Of a DNA stretch of 64,000 nt, positions 15,677 through 30,624 are shown piece after piece. Made by a program: the position numbers and the translations under genes. The stretch comes from Octopus vulgaris (Eukaryota): contig OX597837.1 of assembly GCA_951406725.2 (NCBI GenBank), positions 19,902,001 through 19,966,000 on the forward strand, read 5' to 3'. The number at the start of each line of letters is the position of its first letter. The stretch's first letter is position 1. The notes beneath the pieces are model-generated. The model was given only the letters and a program-made list of their open reading frames with translations, was not told the origin of the DNA and searched no databases.

Positions 15677-15735
15677 TACAAATATCTATATCTACATGCA
15701 GCATATCTCACACTGTCTCAGTATGTTTCTCTGTC

Positions 15736-15816
<81 letters not shown>

Positions 15817-15845
15817 CTCTATCTCTCTGTCTCTCCCTGTATACA

Positions 15846-16034
<189 letters not shown>

Positions 16035-16083
16035 CTATCTCTCTGTCTCTCCCTGTATAGATATCTATCTATCTATCTATCTA

Positions 16084-16114
<31 letters not shown>

Positions 16115-16184
16115 GTCTGTCTGTCTGTCTGTCTATCCATTAAATAACATTACATTATATTACATATATATATACATTTTCTTT

Positions 16185-16532
16185 TATTCTTTTATTTATT
16201 CCAGTCATTTGGCTGCGGCCATGCTGAAGCACTGCCTTTAGTCGAAGAAATCAACCATAGGACTTATTCTATCGGTCTCTTTTGCCGAGCCGCCAAATTA
16301 CGGGTACATAAACACACCACCGTCGGTTGTCAAGCGATAGTTGGGGGACAAACACACATAAATACATACATACATACATACATACATACTTTCAGTTTCC
16401 GTCTACCAAATCCACTCACAAGGCTTTGGTTGGCTCGAGGATATAGTAGACAACACTTGCTACGCAGTGGGACTGAACCCGGAACCATGTGACTGGGAAG
16501 CAATCTTCTTACCTCACAACCACGCCTGCTCC
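16185..16532 (-). mobile_element. SINE family A
   Basis: Same head, internal microsatellite and tail as 39683-40107, on the minus strand. Confidence 0.8.
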
Positions 16533-16535
16533 TAT

Positions 16536-16574
<39 letters not shown>

Positions 16575-16775
16575 AATATATATATATATAATGTAATTTT
16601 GCAAGGGAGTTCACCAGCTACGTGTTCATTCGAGCTATTTTTGAGAGACCGATGGCAAAGGTGGGATATAATAACCTGACATCTAACAAGAGAATGTTTG
16701 AGACGAAAATTATATAACATTTCGCAAGGTTCACATGTCAAAGTAACACGTGTGTGTGCGCGCCTCCACAGACAC

Positions 16776-16856
<81 letters not shown>

Positions 16857-17242
16857 TATATATGTATATATATTTATTTATTTATGTATATATGTATGTA
16901 TATGTGTGTGTATAAATATATATATATATATACATATATATGTAATTATATACATGCATACATAAATATAGACATTCAGACGTAATTAGACTCATATAGA
17001 CACAAACAAAACCCACTGAAAAGCATTTACACATGCACACATACATGCATAATGCCAGCTACACATTAGTTAGTCACCAAGTCCTGATAATAATGGTCTC
17101 TGTTAGTGAAGAACACAATTCCAATCTACCAATGCCGACGGCAACTGATGAAGTTAGATTCCCCATACAATTCCAATAGTTACTTTCTGTAATTCTTCCA
17201 GTTCTCTAATTTCCTTCGTTACATATATATTTTACACACAAA

Positions 17243-17336
<94 letters not shown>

Positions 17337-17499
17337 TGTATGTATGTGTATAAATATAGACAGCCCTGTTTATATCACTGTGTAACTTTCGCTATATGTA
17401 TCTGTGTGAAAGACTCTGAGTGTGAATGTATACGTGTACGGCTGGGTGTATGTGTGTGTATGTACACTTACGTATATACATATATATACATATATATGC

Positions 17500-17530
<31 letters not shown>

Positions 17531-17641
17531 ATATACTTATGTACGTACATAAATATATATACATATAAATACATACTTATGTATGTACATAAATATATAT
17601 ATATATAAATATATGTATATGTGTATATATATATATGTATA

Positions 17642-17702
<61 letters not shown>

Positions 17703-17727
17703 GTATGTATATATGTATATACATATG

Positions 17728-17784
<57 letters not shown>

Positions 17785-18172
17785 TAAGTCATATGAAATC
17801 TCTGAGCGAGAGAAGTATTATATATATATATATATATATATATACGTATATTGTGTTATTGTGTATGTGTGCTTGTGTGTGTGTGTGTGTGTGCGTGTGC
17901 TTGTTTGTGCGTGTGTTGTTTGTATATGTGTATGTGTGCGTGTGTCTGTATTTTCGATCCGAAGCTTGTCTCCTTTGTGCAATTATCATCCGCGTTCAAC
18001 GAGTAAGTTTAAACTGTTTGCTTATGCACCTCACTCTCTCCCTCTCTCCCTCTCTCTCCCTCTTCACTCGCGCATCGCTTACAGCTCATTCTACACTTCA
18101 TGCCCCTACATCTTGCCTAATTACATTCACACTTATACATACGTACGCGCACAGACACACACACACACACAC

Positions 18173-18214
<42 letters not shown>

Positions 18215-18499
18215 TTCTTAAATTTGTCTACTTTCCCATTACTTGGAATTTATACCCGGAGTGACAATCGTCAGATAGCAATAAGAATTATTTTAAATGG
18301 TAGCAGAATTATAATTCGTGTCCAGTGCTACCAAATGGCGTTTTGTAAACTCCTTCCTGTTTCTAATTACTTATGTTCGTAATACCAAACGATTTCTGTT
18401 CCTGTGTTGTTATTTTAAAGGAAGAAATTTTGTCTCAGTTTCGGATTTCGGATATTAGTTCCGTCTTTTCGATTTAACATACATCTCCCTCCCATCTAC

Positions 18500-18895
18500 A
18501 CGGTTCCAGTCTCAGTCGCCCTACATGGCTCCTTGGACAACGTCTTCTATAATAGTCTCGAGCAGACCAAAGCCTTGTGAATGGATTTGGTAGATGGAAA
18601 CTGTGTAGAAGCCTGTTGAATAGCTATGTAAAAGGTGTGTGTGGTGTGTGTGTGTATGGTGTGTGTAAGGAGTGTGTGTATGTGTGTCTTTGTGTTTGTG
18701 TTGCGTTATTCCCTCACCAGCGCTTAACAACCGGTGTTGGTCCGTTTATGTCTCCGTAGCGGTTCGGCAAAACAAAGCGATATAATAAGTACTAGAGTTA
18801 AAAATAAGTACTGGGCTTGATCTGTTGAAGTAAACTCTTACGAGGTAGCGCCCCAGTATGGCCGTAGTTCAATTATTGAAACAAAAGGTAAACGA
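18500..18895 (+). mobile_element. SINE family A, degenerate
   Basis: GACCAAAGCCTTGTGAATGGATTTGGTAGATGGAAACTG ... GGTTCGGCAAAA ... CCCCAGTATGGCCG. Confidence 0.75.
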
Positions 18896-20920
18896 TAACA
18901 GATGATATTTCTCTGTATTGAAGTAATTAATATTGCTTTATTCACCCATTTTATGGTCTCGTGTTCGATGTTTGTATGTAACAACTTAGTATTTACGTTT
19001 TTCCTATATGTGAATGAACTCTGATGGCAAGCAGAAAAAAGAAAAATAATTGTGATTTTTATTTCAATCACAACTTCGAGTGATGTTCAAATCTTTGGGT
19101 CAACTTGCCCTTTCATCTTTCCTAGGTCGATAATATAACGTACCGATCAGGTTCTTGAAGGGTAGATATAGTCGATTGTAAGATTATAGCCTTCCTCAAA
19201 TCTGAGGTATTCTGCATGTGTTAAAAATTACTGCCAGGAAAGACCGGCAGCATTGTTCCTTCAGGCTGACGGCGCTTGTGGACGAGATTGAAAGGTGAAT
19301 AAGATTGAAAAAACTGGGGACAGATATATGTTTATTTGGTGAAACTCTTTTGGTTTTCAGTTTCCAGTTGGTGAGAGTAGTGTGGGCTGTGAAGGCGATG
19401 AGGTAAGTGAGGGTAGAGAGGAAAGTTACATCTTTCAGTGCTGAAAGGAGAGTAAGAATGGTGAAAATATCCAAATGAGTACAAAAAGTGTGAATCTCAT
19501 GGCAGGAGGAGATAATCATTGATTACACTGTGCGACACGACTTTTGCCCTTGGGTAACAACTGTTATTTCCTATTTGCTTACAATTGAAAAATGGCGAAT
19601 ACGTACTTCAAAGTTTGCTTTTGCCCAACAGTTCTATTCAAATCTAGAATTAAACAGAACTTTTGAGCTTACGACACTTGTATTTATACTGCAGTTGGTA
19701 GTATAAATACAGGGATAGTATTTATAGTGTCAGAACGTTTTAGAAATTTTTGAAACCATTAGAAACTTCTCGAAAGTTCCTGAAACTTCTATAAAGATCT
19801 AAAAAAGACTTTACTTCAGCATCTTAGCGCTGAAACTGTTCGAAATGTATAGAAAAATAGGTCAGTTTTAAAACATTGATGTTCAAATTACAAAAGCAAA
19901 GTTTGAAGGGATTAGTTGCCATTTTGTTTGATTTCTTGATAGAAGCAAATAAGAAATAACAACTAAAGAAAAAATAAAAGTTTTGTTACAAAGTGTAATT
20001 AGAGTTCTCTGATTGACTTTCAGTATGCTGCCCGTCCATTGCAACATCTCGTGACATACTTTTGTATACTTTGCGATCTGTGCCTGTTTTAATTTCTCTT
20101 TAGAACGATTTTGTCTAAGTACCTCCTGACAGGATTGTGATTTGCATTACACACTCTCCCTTACACGAAGAGATCATTAACATGACGGTCAATATTGTTA
20201 GAATGTGAGGTGACGTCATTTTTAAATGATTCTGAGTCCAAACCTCGTCGATATCGACTTTGACTGTCATCCTTCTGCAGTCAATAAATTAAAGTTCATG
20301 TCAAGTACTCGGGTTTTACACAAGTCCCTGTTTATCTCCTGCAATATGTACCACAAGGGACACATATCGCAGATGTCTTGCAAACAACTTGCACATGCAA
20401 GTGCTACCAACCAAAAGCTCCGCATACTGGAAGCCAGCAAGTGTATGGGGTCATCAGAAGAGAATGCGCGCCGTTTCGGGGCCTACCTCTCGACGGCATC
20501 AATGCGCACTGGCCCCCCTCACTGATATGAGGCCCCGCTTGCTAGATCAGCTAGTTATCAAATTAAGCTCAATATCCTTCTAGCCATCGCTCATCGTCTC
20601 TTTTTAACCAAATCCAGTGGGTAGCCTTCTCCACAGTAGATTGGATATCAGTCATGGTGGTATTGACTTTACGATGAGTTAGGCCAAGCGATAACAACAG
20701 TCGTCTCACACTGTGTCCAACGAACCCTCTACATCCGGCTTTGATTGGAAAATGTTCCGCTTTCTAGTCTGCGTCTTTACATTCCTCGAGGAGGTTTACA
20801 TAACGGTTAAATTTTCGACTATATTTACAACTTTCCTTCTTTCACACCACATCAAAATAATGTTATTCCAACGAACTTCACATCGCTGCAGTGTTTCTAC
20901 TACAGATTTGTGGAACGGAA

Positions 20921-21030
20921 CATAACGAGGCATAGCGAGGCATAACGAGGCATAGCGAGGCATAGCGAAATATAGCGAGGCATAGCGAAATATAGCGAAG
21001 CATAGCGAGGTATAACGAGGCATAGTGAGG
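20921..21030. repeat. 10-bp minisatellite (CATAGCGAGG)x11
   Basis: Eleven contiguous variant units without spacers. Confidence 0.95.
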
Positions 21031-21545
21031 AACTTACGGAAGAGAAAATCCTTTCTGTCAAGATTTTACTAATTTCTAAGACACGCCAGTTGCATGGATG
21101 CCTTCCTGAATTGCTGTGTACTTCTCAAAGCTAATGAATAAGAAAATATCACCGGAAAATTAAATTTTAACCAATATTCTATTTTCTGCAGTAATGGTTA
21201 GCAAATACAAATAGTTTTCTATAGCAGACTGTAGCTAGGTGCGCCTCGAAAAGTTTATAAGTATAATTTTTAAAAATTTGTGAAAAATACTGAAAATTCG
21301 AAAATCTTCATAATTATGCCACATTTATTAAATAAAGATTTATGTACTTAATGATATTCTGTCCTTTAAAAATATTTATATTTAGAGGCTAAAATATATA
21401 AATACATTTAATAACTTACTTTTTTCTTTTTACATAATGAACAAAGTGAGCTAAAGTTTTTATTTTGTTTATGTTTGCTTTAAAGTGCACAGCAAGTAAA
21501 AAAGAAATGTATCATTATACAATACAAATAATAATAATAATAATG

Positions 21546-21603
<58 letters not shown>

Positions 21604-21932
21604 TGATGATGATGATGATTATGATGTTGATGATGATGATTATGATGATGGTGGTGGTGGTGGTGGTGGTCGTCGTCGTCGTTGTGATGATGATGATAAT
21701 GATAATGATAATAATAATTACGAAAAACGTAAAGAAATTTGGAAATTAATTGAAAAAAAAAAGAACAAGAAAATTATTTCCACGATATTGGGGAAATATT
21801 TTGACACCTTAGTAAAGCATTCGTTATTGAAAAAATATTTCCATTATCATTTTAATCTTAACCTGCACCTATAACCTATATCTATCTATATACATACATG
21901 CTTCTGTGCGTGTGTTAGTATGTACGCGCGCG

Positions 21933-21983
<51 letters not shown>

Positions 21984-22050
21984 ATGAATGTATGTATACA
22001 TAAATACACACACAAACACACACATATATATCAATGTATGTATATATATT

Positions 22051-22120
<70 letters not shown>

Positions 22121-22334
22121 TCAAATGTATATGTATGTAAATATACGTAAATATGTGTTTATGTATATCTATTTATCTATACCTGTACAGTGATATGTTG
22201 CGCGAATATATATGAATAGCATCTATTATATGATCATTTTTTCTTTGCGTTTTAAATTCAAACGTGCTTGTAGGGCTATACATACATTCACGTAAACACA
22301 TTTCTATATGTAATTGTGCATGTGTATGTATGTG

Positions 22335-22427
<93 letters not shown>

Positions 22428-22460
22428 GTATATATATATATGTATATATATGTATATATG

Positions 22461-22539
<79 letters not shown>

Positions 22540-22610
22540 CCAGAGAGGGAGAGAGAAAGAGAGAGATCCGTCGGCCCGGCTGTGTATCTATCTATCCATC
22601 TATCTATCGT

Positions 22611-22665
<55 letters not shown>

Positions 22666-22943
22666 ATCTTTCTATTTATCAATATGTCTGTGTACATTTA
22701 TACGCATGTGTATAAGTGTGTATACGTATCTGTGCGCGTGTTTATGTACGTTATGTATCTTTTGACGAATGTATGTATGTATATGTGTATTTGTATATAT
22801 ATATGTCTGCTTGTGTACGTACCTTTGAAAGTATGTCTGTGTATGTGTGTCTGTATGTGTGTTTGTTTATGTATATGTGTTGAAGCTATTTGGTCTGCAG
22901 AAATCAATAACTGAAAGCAACTTTTCTTATTGTAAGAGCTGTG

Positions 22944-23003
<60 letters not shown>

Positions 23004-23023
23004 CGATGATGATGATGATGATA

Positions 23024-23065
<42 letters not shown>

Positions 23066-23255
23066 GTGATGATGATTGTGATGATGATGATGATGATGAT
23101 TGTGATGATGATGATGATGATGATTGTGATGATGATGATGATGATGATTGTGATGATGATGATGATGGTGGTGATGATGATGGTGATGATGATTGTGATG
23201 ATGTTTACAGTGATAGTGGTTATTATGATTGTGATTGTGGTGGTGCTGGTTATGG

Positions 23256-23288
<33 letters not shown>

Positions 23289-23310
23289 GGAGGAGGAGGA
23301 GGAGGAGGAA
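22944..23310. repeat. (ATG)n/(GTG)n/(AGG)n trinucleotide microsatellite
   Basis: Directly visible. Confidence 0.95.
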
Positions 23311-24283
23311 GAGGGCATACGGGCGGCGGGGAGAATTGCGAAAGAGTGGTTGATAGAAAAATGACAATTGTGAGATTCAGAAATGAATCACAAAACCAGT
23401 CAACAAAACAAGAACGCCAAAAAAAAATGCATCCCCTCCTCCTCTGTCTCCTCCTTCACCACCACCACCACCACCACTACTACCATTATCATTACTACCG
23501 AAACAACATCAACAACAATGACAAGAGGAGCAGCAGCAGCAGTAGCAGCAGCGGCAAGAGTGAAACGTAGATGTACATACGTAAACATACAATACATACA
23601 TAAAGTAATATTGTTGTTAGTGTTATTGTTTAACCGTAGATGAAACCTTGATCCAGCAGACGTTCCGTTAAAGACCTCACCACCAAAATGGTAGCGTCAC
23701 TTGCTGTAATGTATTTCCTGGTTAGACGGTTTGTTGGTATTTTAGAGTTGTCTTGGCTGTTATTTCCAGCCGGCTGGTTGACCAGATAAGGAGACTCTTT
23801 CTCAAGTGATGTGTTAAGAGGTAAACAGTTCTTTATTAAGATATATACATGCTACAATATGGCGCAAATGTCAACTGGACCATTGTACGGCTGTGGCAAG
23901 ACCAGATTTACTGGTCAACATTCATTTTCACCATTCTATTCACTTACACACGCACACAAGCACAACATACACGCGTGCGCACACACACACAAGCACACAC
24001 ATGCACACATGCAAACACATACACATGCACATACACGCACATGCATACATTCACACGTACACATGCACATGCACACACATCCATACACACACGGTCACAC
24101 ATACACAGTCACGGCTTCCAGATATCTTTTGCCAGTTCTATCTGTCTTTATCACTCCCTCAATTTCAACATTTATCTCCTTCTCTCTCTTTCTTAGTCTT
24201 TCTCTCTACACCCTCTCTCTCTCTCAGTCTCTCTCTCTCTCTCATACTCTCGCTTACTGTCATTATCGGATTTATATCTTTCT

Positions 24284-24319
<36 letters not shown>

Positions 24320-25121
24320 CTCTTACCCTAACCTTCTTGCACACGCTCTCCTTCTCTCCTTTCACACTTTATCTCTTTCTCGTGCGCCATCTATCTCTTT
24401 CCCAACTCTGGCTCTCTTCCCCATTTCTTTCCAACTGCCATTATCACCTCCTACCGCCTCATCTCTCAATCTCTCTTTCTCTCTCTCTTTTTATCTCCTT
24501 CTCCTTCACCTCTCTCTTACCCTCCCACTCTTGCTCTCATTTTATGCAAAGTAAAAACAATGGATAAGGAAATCCTGGTGAAAACATTCAAATGGACATT
24601 GCAAATGTCACAGTTCCTACAGTTTTCAAAATGGACAAATTAACTCGCAACAACAACAACAACAACAACAACAAAAATAGCAGTAGCAGCATTAGCAGCA
24701 TTAACCACCAGAGCAACAACAACAACAACAGCATCAACAACAGCATCAACAACAATTACAACAACAATACAACAAAGCACAACGGGGCACATAAGTACAA
24801 CCACAATCTGACAATAAAGCAACATTAAAACATGATACAATACATCCGAAAAATGTTAACAAAAACAACACCACATACACAATACAACACAACATCACAA
24901 CAAATTCAAAACACAACATTAAAGAAGGTGCACCACAACGCAACAACATAAAAACTCGACTCAACCATAAGAACACTAACAATACAATAAGAATATGATA
25001 GCAAAGGACTGCATCACGTGGTCGAGGATTTCCCCCTTCTCTGCCACTCCACCCAACCACCCACCCACCCCGAAACCATATAGTGTTCAGGAAGGGCAAT
25101 GTCGCATATCTATACAGATTG

Positions 25122-25447
25122 TAGGCACGTAGCTTAGTGGTTAGAGGTATTCGGCTCACGATGGTAAACTCGTGAGTTCGAATCTCGGCGGCACGTTGTT
25201 GTGTCCTAGAGGAAAATACTTGATTTAACGTTGCTCCAGTTCACACAGCAGGCAGAAATGAGTCGCATCTGTAGTTCAAAGAGCCAGCCTTGTCACATTG
25301 TGTGTCACGCTGAATCTCTCTGAGAACTACGCTAAGAGTACGCAAGCCTGTGGAGCACTCAACCACTGGTACGTTAATTACACGAGCAGGCTGTTCCGTT
25401 GATCAGATCAACTGGAACCCTCGTTGTCTTAAACGATGAACTGCCAG
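25122..25447 (+). mobile_element. tRNA-headed SINE family C
   Basis: A-box TAGCTTAGTGG, B-box GTTCGAATC; 3' part GCCAGCCTTGTCACA...GCAGGCTGTTCCGTTGATCAGATCAACTGGAACC is shared with 27388-27768. Confidence 0.8.
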
Positions 25448-25606
25448 TTATACAGAAGTAGTTAATGAAAAATTGCTTTTGCCTTCTGGGACAATCAAAC
25501 ACGTGTTTTCACGTTGTGATGTCCATCAGAGCATGTTTTCTTGATAGCTACAACAACGTTTTATAGAGCATATCTCACTTCCCCCTCTCTCTTTCATGTC
25601 TCAAAA

Positions 25607-25996
25607 TCTTTATATATAAAAGAGAAGTTGTGTGTCTGTCTCCTACGATTTAGATTCCTAACTACTCCCACATTTTGCGGTGCAGTGTAACCAAAAGCGA
25701 GTATCTTATAGTCGTGATTCATATCGAGCTCTTCTGGGTATTAGCGCGCGTCTACGATGAGTCTACGATTTTAAAAATAATTTGCCATCATTTTTTTCCA
25801 TTTTAATGCATTTTTCGCTAAGGGAAGTAACTCTCTAAAAATGTCTACGATGAGTCAACGATTTTAAAAAGAATTTACCATAATTTTCTTTCCATTTTTA
25901 ATGCATTTTTTTGCTATTTTTTGGCTATAACTCTCTAAAAATGCTTATATAGTTATTTCCCTTACAAACCCGAGCAACGCCGGGCGATACTGCTAG
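25607..25996 (+). mobile_element. Non-autonomous Helitron
   Basis: Inserted between A and T; 5' TC (TCTTTATATATAAAAG), subterminal hairpin CCCGAGCAACGCCGGG (25969-25984), 3' CTAG; internal ~90-bp direct duplication. Confidence 0.85.
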
Positions 25997-26079
25997 TATT
26001 ATATAAATCAATTGTTAAGATAATAATACAAATACAGATTTTAAAAGTCATATTATAAATTATTGAAATCCAGAAATTA

Positions 26080-26218
26080 CTTCTTACAGCTGTTTCAGCC
26101 TATAGTCAAAGGTGAAACTAATTTCCATTGCCTATAGTTGTCAACATACTAGGGTTGTAGGCATTTAAAAAAAATATAATACTTATATGTTAAAAGAACC
26201 ATAGGCCTCGTCATAAAG
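26080..26218 (-). ncRNA. Degenerate hammerhead-like motif with long stem-II loop
   Basis: Minus strand: ATGACGA (C>A in the core)-GGCCTAT...~100 nt...ATAGGCT-GAAA-CAGCTG-TA-AGAAG. Confidence 0.5.
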
Positions 26219-26356
26219 AGAGAGAGAGAGAAAGAAAGAGAGAGAGAGGAAAATATTTTTCCTGGGGCTAAAAAAAATGTAGTAACATCGTCCTAATCAG
26301 GACTGCCAGTTTATGTTGGCAAATATATTTTACACATTCTCTCTTTCTCTCTATCT

Positions 26357-26423
<67 letters not shown>

Positions 26424-27387
26424 CATATAAATACATATATGCATGTATACATGTACAGTAGAATGAAAGAAAGAACAGTTTAGAGCATGGAGTTTATATA
26501 TTCAAGCATAACTGCAGCGCCCTTATAACGGGGTTGCTAGAACAGAGTGTATGCCAGAAATAAGGGAGTAAAAAGATGTGCATATAATCTCTCACGGCGG
26601 TTTCCAGAATAGATGCGCATATGGTGCGTTTCTCAGCGGACGAAGAGAAGCACTCCATATAGTAGCGGACTGTTCCGTCTGCAGAAAGAAAAACAATGGA
26701 TGTAGATCTTTGGTAGGGGATTCTTGTAGTTAGAAGTTCCATTGTCGAAGAGAAAGTGAAGTAGATCATTCGTGGAAGGCTTGTAACGTGTCAAAGGTAG
26801 TAGAAAGGAAAGATAGGGTCATGAATGTATGAGGGTAGATAGAGACTAACGTTCATAGCAGGTGACAGGCATATACAAAATAGGAGTTATCGTGTGTATG
26901 TGTATGTGTGTGTGTGTACCATATTCCGTGACTGCCATCTCTGAAGAGCGTAGGGTTACATAATCAGGTTGTTATCTATCACTCCCGTTGAACTCCTAGT
27001 TTTGTTTTTAAGTAATAAATAGAATAAATTTTGTGATTTAGTAAGATATCAGTGGAAGAAATTTAGTTGGCAAGAAATTTTGATCATTGGTTCGTTTAAC
27101 TAGGACTACACAGAGACAATAACAACAACAACATGATGTACAACATGGGGCTCGCTTGATCTATTAGAAGTAGCAACCACCGCACTCTCATTTTCCAAGA
27201 AAGAAGTATACACAGGCACATGTGTGGATATAAGGTAAGAAGCTTAACTCCTAACCATATGGTTTCGGTTTCAGTCTTACACCGTACGACCTTGGGGAGA
27301 TGTCTTCTACTATAGCACAGGGTTGTTCGAACCATACATGCAGCGTTGATACACGGAAACTGAAAGAAGCCCGTCGCATACACCGTA

Positions 27388-27768
27388 ACACTCCGTCGGT
27401 TACGACGACGAAGGTTCCAGTTGATCCGATCAACGGAACAGCCTGCTCGTGAAATTAACGTGCAAGTGGCTGAGCACTCGACAGACACGAGTACCGTTAA
27501 AGTAGTTCTCGGGGGGATTCAGCGTGATACGGAGTGTGACAAGGCTGGCCCTTTGAGATACAGGTACAACAGAAACAGAAAGAAAGAGTGAGAGAAAGTT
27601 GTGGTGAAAGAGTACAGCAGGGTCCGCTACCACCCCTTGTCGGAGGCTGGTGGAACTTTGTGGGTGCTTTCGCTCAATAAACACTCACAACGCCCGGTCT
27701 GGGAATCGAAACCGTGATCCTACGGCCGCGAGTCCGCTGCCCTAATCCCTGGGCCATTGCGCCTCCAC
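27388..27768 (-). mobile_element. tRNA-headed SINE (family C tail, different head/middle)
   Basis: Minus strand: GGTGGAGGCGCAATGGCCCAGG..TTAGGGCAGCGGACTCGCG...GGTTTCGATTCC; tail matches 25280-25440. Confidence 0.8.
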
Positions 27769-27774
27769 CCAAGG

Positions 27775-28031
27775 AGCGCTCCGTCGATTGCTCGTGAAAT
27801 TAACTAACACGTGTCTATGGAGTGCTCAACCACTCTAACATAATTCTCAGAGAGATTCGGCGTAACACAGAATGTGAGAAAGCTGACTCTTCGAAATATA
27901 GGTACAACTCATTTTTGCCAGCTGAGTGGACTGGAGAAACGTGAAATGAAATGTCTTGCTCAAGAACACAACGCGCCGTAGGGAATTGAACTCACGACCT
28001 TACGATCATGAGCCGAATGCCCTAACCACTA
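27775..28031 (-). mobile_element. tRNA-headed SINE family C with a micro-inversion
   Basis: Colinear with 25122-25447 except for the inverted segment 27807-27833. Confidence 0.75.
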
Positions 28032-28032
28032 A

Positions 28033-28137
<105 letters not shown>

Positions 28138-28512
28138 TGTATGAGTGTGTGTGATTGTGCTTGCCCCTGTAACTCACTGGTTCGGCAAAATAGATTGATC
28201 GAATAAGTACCAGACTTTAGAATATAAATACTGGAGTCAATTCGCTCGACTAAAGCCTTGAAGTTGGTGCCCCAGCATGGCCGTAGTCCAGTGACTGAAA
28301 CATGTAAAATAATAATAATAATAATCCTTTCTACTATAGGCACATGGCCTGAAATTTGGTGGAAGGGAACTAATCGATTATATCGACCCCAGTGTTTCAA
28401 TGGATTAAAGGCGAAGTCGACCTCGACGGTATTAGAACTCGGAACGCAATAATAATAAAGCTGATAATAACAACAACAACAACAACAACCAAACAGCAAC
28501 AGTTACAAAATA

Positions 28513-28886
28513 AACAAGAGCACTCAGAGAGCGCAAACCTCCTCCAAAGGAACACGAACGTCCGCTCCACGATTGGCCGGAGATGATTATTAAAATGAGA
28601 ATATCTGAAATAAACCCGACTGTTCTCACAAATGAGAATGCGAAATGGGAACCCGACCGCTCTCAGAAATTAATCTTTAAAAAATAGGAAAAATAATCCG
28701 AAATCCTTATCCGGTACCCGATTGATCCCAAAATTTAATCAGTTCGTGTCAGTCAGGAGGCCAAACATCCCTGAAAGTTTCATTGGAATCTATGCAGTGG
28801 TTCTTGAGATATCTGGTCCACGGACAAACAAACAAACGCGACTGAAAACAATACCTCCTCCTTCGCTAAGGCGGGGACGGAGGTAA
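28513..28886 (-). mobile_element. Non-autonomous Helentron/DINE-1-like element
   Basis: Minus strand: 5' TTACCTCC...GGAGGTA short inverted repeat, (GTTT)n microsatellite, 3' subterminal GGAGGT plus hairpin GCGCTCTCTGAGTGC, ending in TT. Confidence 0.65.
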
Positions 28887-29564
28887 CAAGAGAAAAACAG
28901 CGAAACGAAGTATGGAAAGAAGACGAATTTCTCTCTCTCTATCTCTCTATCTCTCTCTTTATTCTCTCTCGTCTCTCTCTCTCTCACTCTTACTCTCCCT
29001 TTATAACTTTCCCCTCTCCTTTTCTCTTTTTCCCTCTCTCTCCCCACTCTCGCTCTGCCCCTCTCCTCCACCCTTTACCCCTCAATATCCCCCTTCCTCT
29101 TCCCCTCCCTTCTCCCCACCCTACACGCGATGACTTTACCTTGTATCTGTTCCTTTCTGTCTCTACATGCACAAACGCCCATACACACATTCGCATACAC
29201 ACGCTTTCTTTCTCTCCTTCTCTCCCTTCCCCTAATACATATACACATTCTTTCTCTGTCTGTCTCTCTATCTCTATCTCTCTCTCACCCCGCACACACC
29301 TTTAAAAAAGCAAAAAAAATCATTTACCTATGGCACGGAGGAAATAGTTCAAGGAAAAAACATATTGATAAATTTATGAAACGAAGAAGCACGCATACAC
29401 ATTCACACACGCATATACATGCACAGACACGTATAAACATTCGTTCACACACACACACACACACGTACATGTATTTGTATATGTATGTGTGTATGTATAA
29501 TTTTATATATATATATACATGCATACACACACACACGCACACACATATATATATAGAGAGAGAA

Positions 29565-29652
<88 letters not shown>

Positions 29653-29683
29653 CTAGCTAGCTAGAGAGCTAGCTAGCTAGATG

Positions 29684-29759
<76 letters not shown>

Positions 29760-30207
29760 TTGCGCGCACCCATTTGTCGAGCGCTTTCTACGATTCAAAA
29801 TTATGCAAATATCAAACATTAAGTGAACGTTTACTTCTGTAATTTCTGGAGTTGCTGTGAGTGAGTCTGTTCACTAATGACTCTTAATTAATTATTGTTA
29901 ATCGTAGTAGATCATCCACCACTTTCTTCAAACGTCTCGTATCCTCGCTAAAACTTTTGGAATAAATGTGGTTTGTTGACGGTTTTGTTGACAGTTTTCT
30001 GCCCAAAAGTTTGGCTGAAAATGAAGTAGTTTCTGTAGTTCTTTTTGGCATTTTAAATCCATGTAATAAAATACTCGAATACGCTTTATTTCATTGTTTG
30101 TTTTCTCGTCTTTCACCTAACAACCAATTATAAAGAAGAGTAAACTGTGATAGCAAATCTATTGGCATAAATACGAGAGTCGGTTGAAAGGTTCTTGGGC
30201 TGACCAA

Positions 30208-30620
30208 GGCGGCGAGCTGGCAGAAGCGTTAGCACGCCGGGCGAAATGCTTAGCGGTATTTCGCCTGCCGTTACGTTCTGAGTTCAAATTCCGCCGAGGT
30301 CGAATTTCCTTTTCATCCTTTCGGGGTCGACTAAATAAGTACCAGTTACGCACTGGGGTCGATATAATCGACTTAATCCGTTTGACTGTCCTTGTTCGTC
30401 CTCTCCGTGTTTATCTCCTTGTGGGTAGTAAAGAAATAGGTATTTCGTCTGCCGTTACCTTCTGAGTTCAAATTCCACCGACATCGACTTTGCCTTTCAT
30501 CCTTTCGGGGTCGATAAATTAAGTACCAGTTACGCATTGGGGTCGATGTAATCGACTTAATCCGTTTGCCTGTCCTTGTTTGTCCCCTCTATGTTTAGCC
30601 CCCAGTGGGCAGTAAAGAAT
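30208..30620 (+). mobile_element. SINE family B, full copy followed by a tandem 5'-truncated duplicate
   Basis: GGCGGCGAGCTGGCAGAAGCGTTAGCACGCCGGGCG...GAGTTCAAATTCCGCCGAGGTCGA..CTTTCATCCTTTCGGGGTCGA..AAGTACCAG; second unit from ~30440; the same 3' tail occurs at 8140-8220. Confidence 0.85.
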
Positions 30621-30624
30621 TAAG

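Noticed and set aside
20921-21030. Regular short repeat array considered as CRISPR-like
   Set aside because: The 10-bp units are contiguous with no spacers, and the context is eukaryotic; it is a minisatellite.
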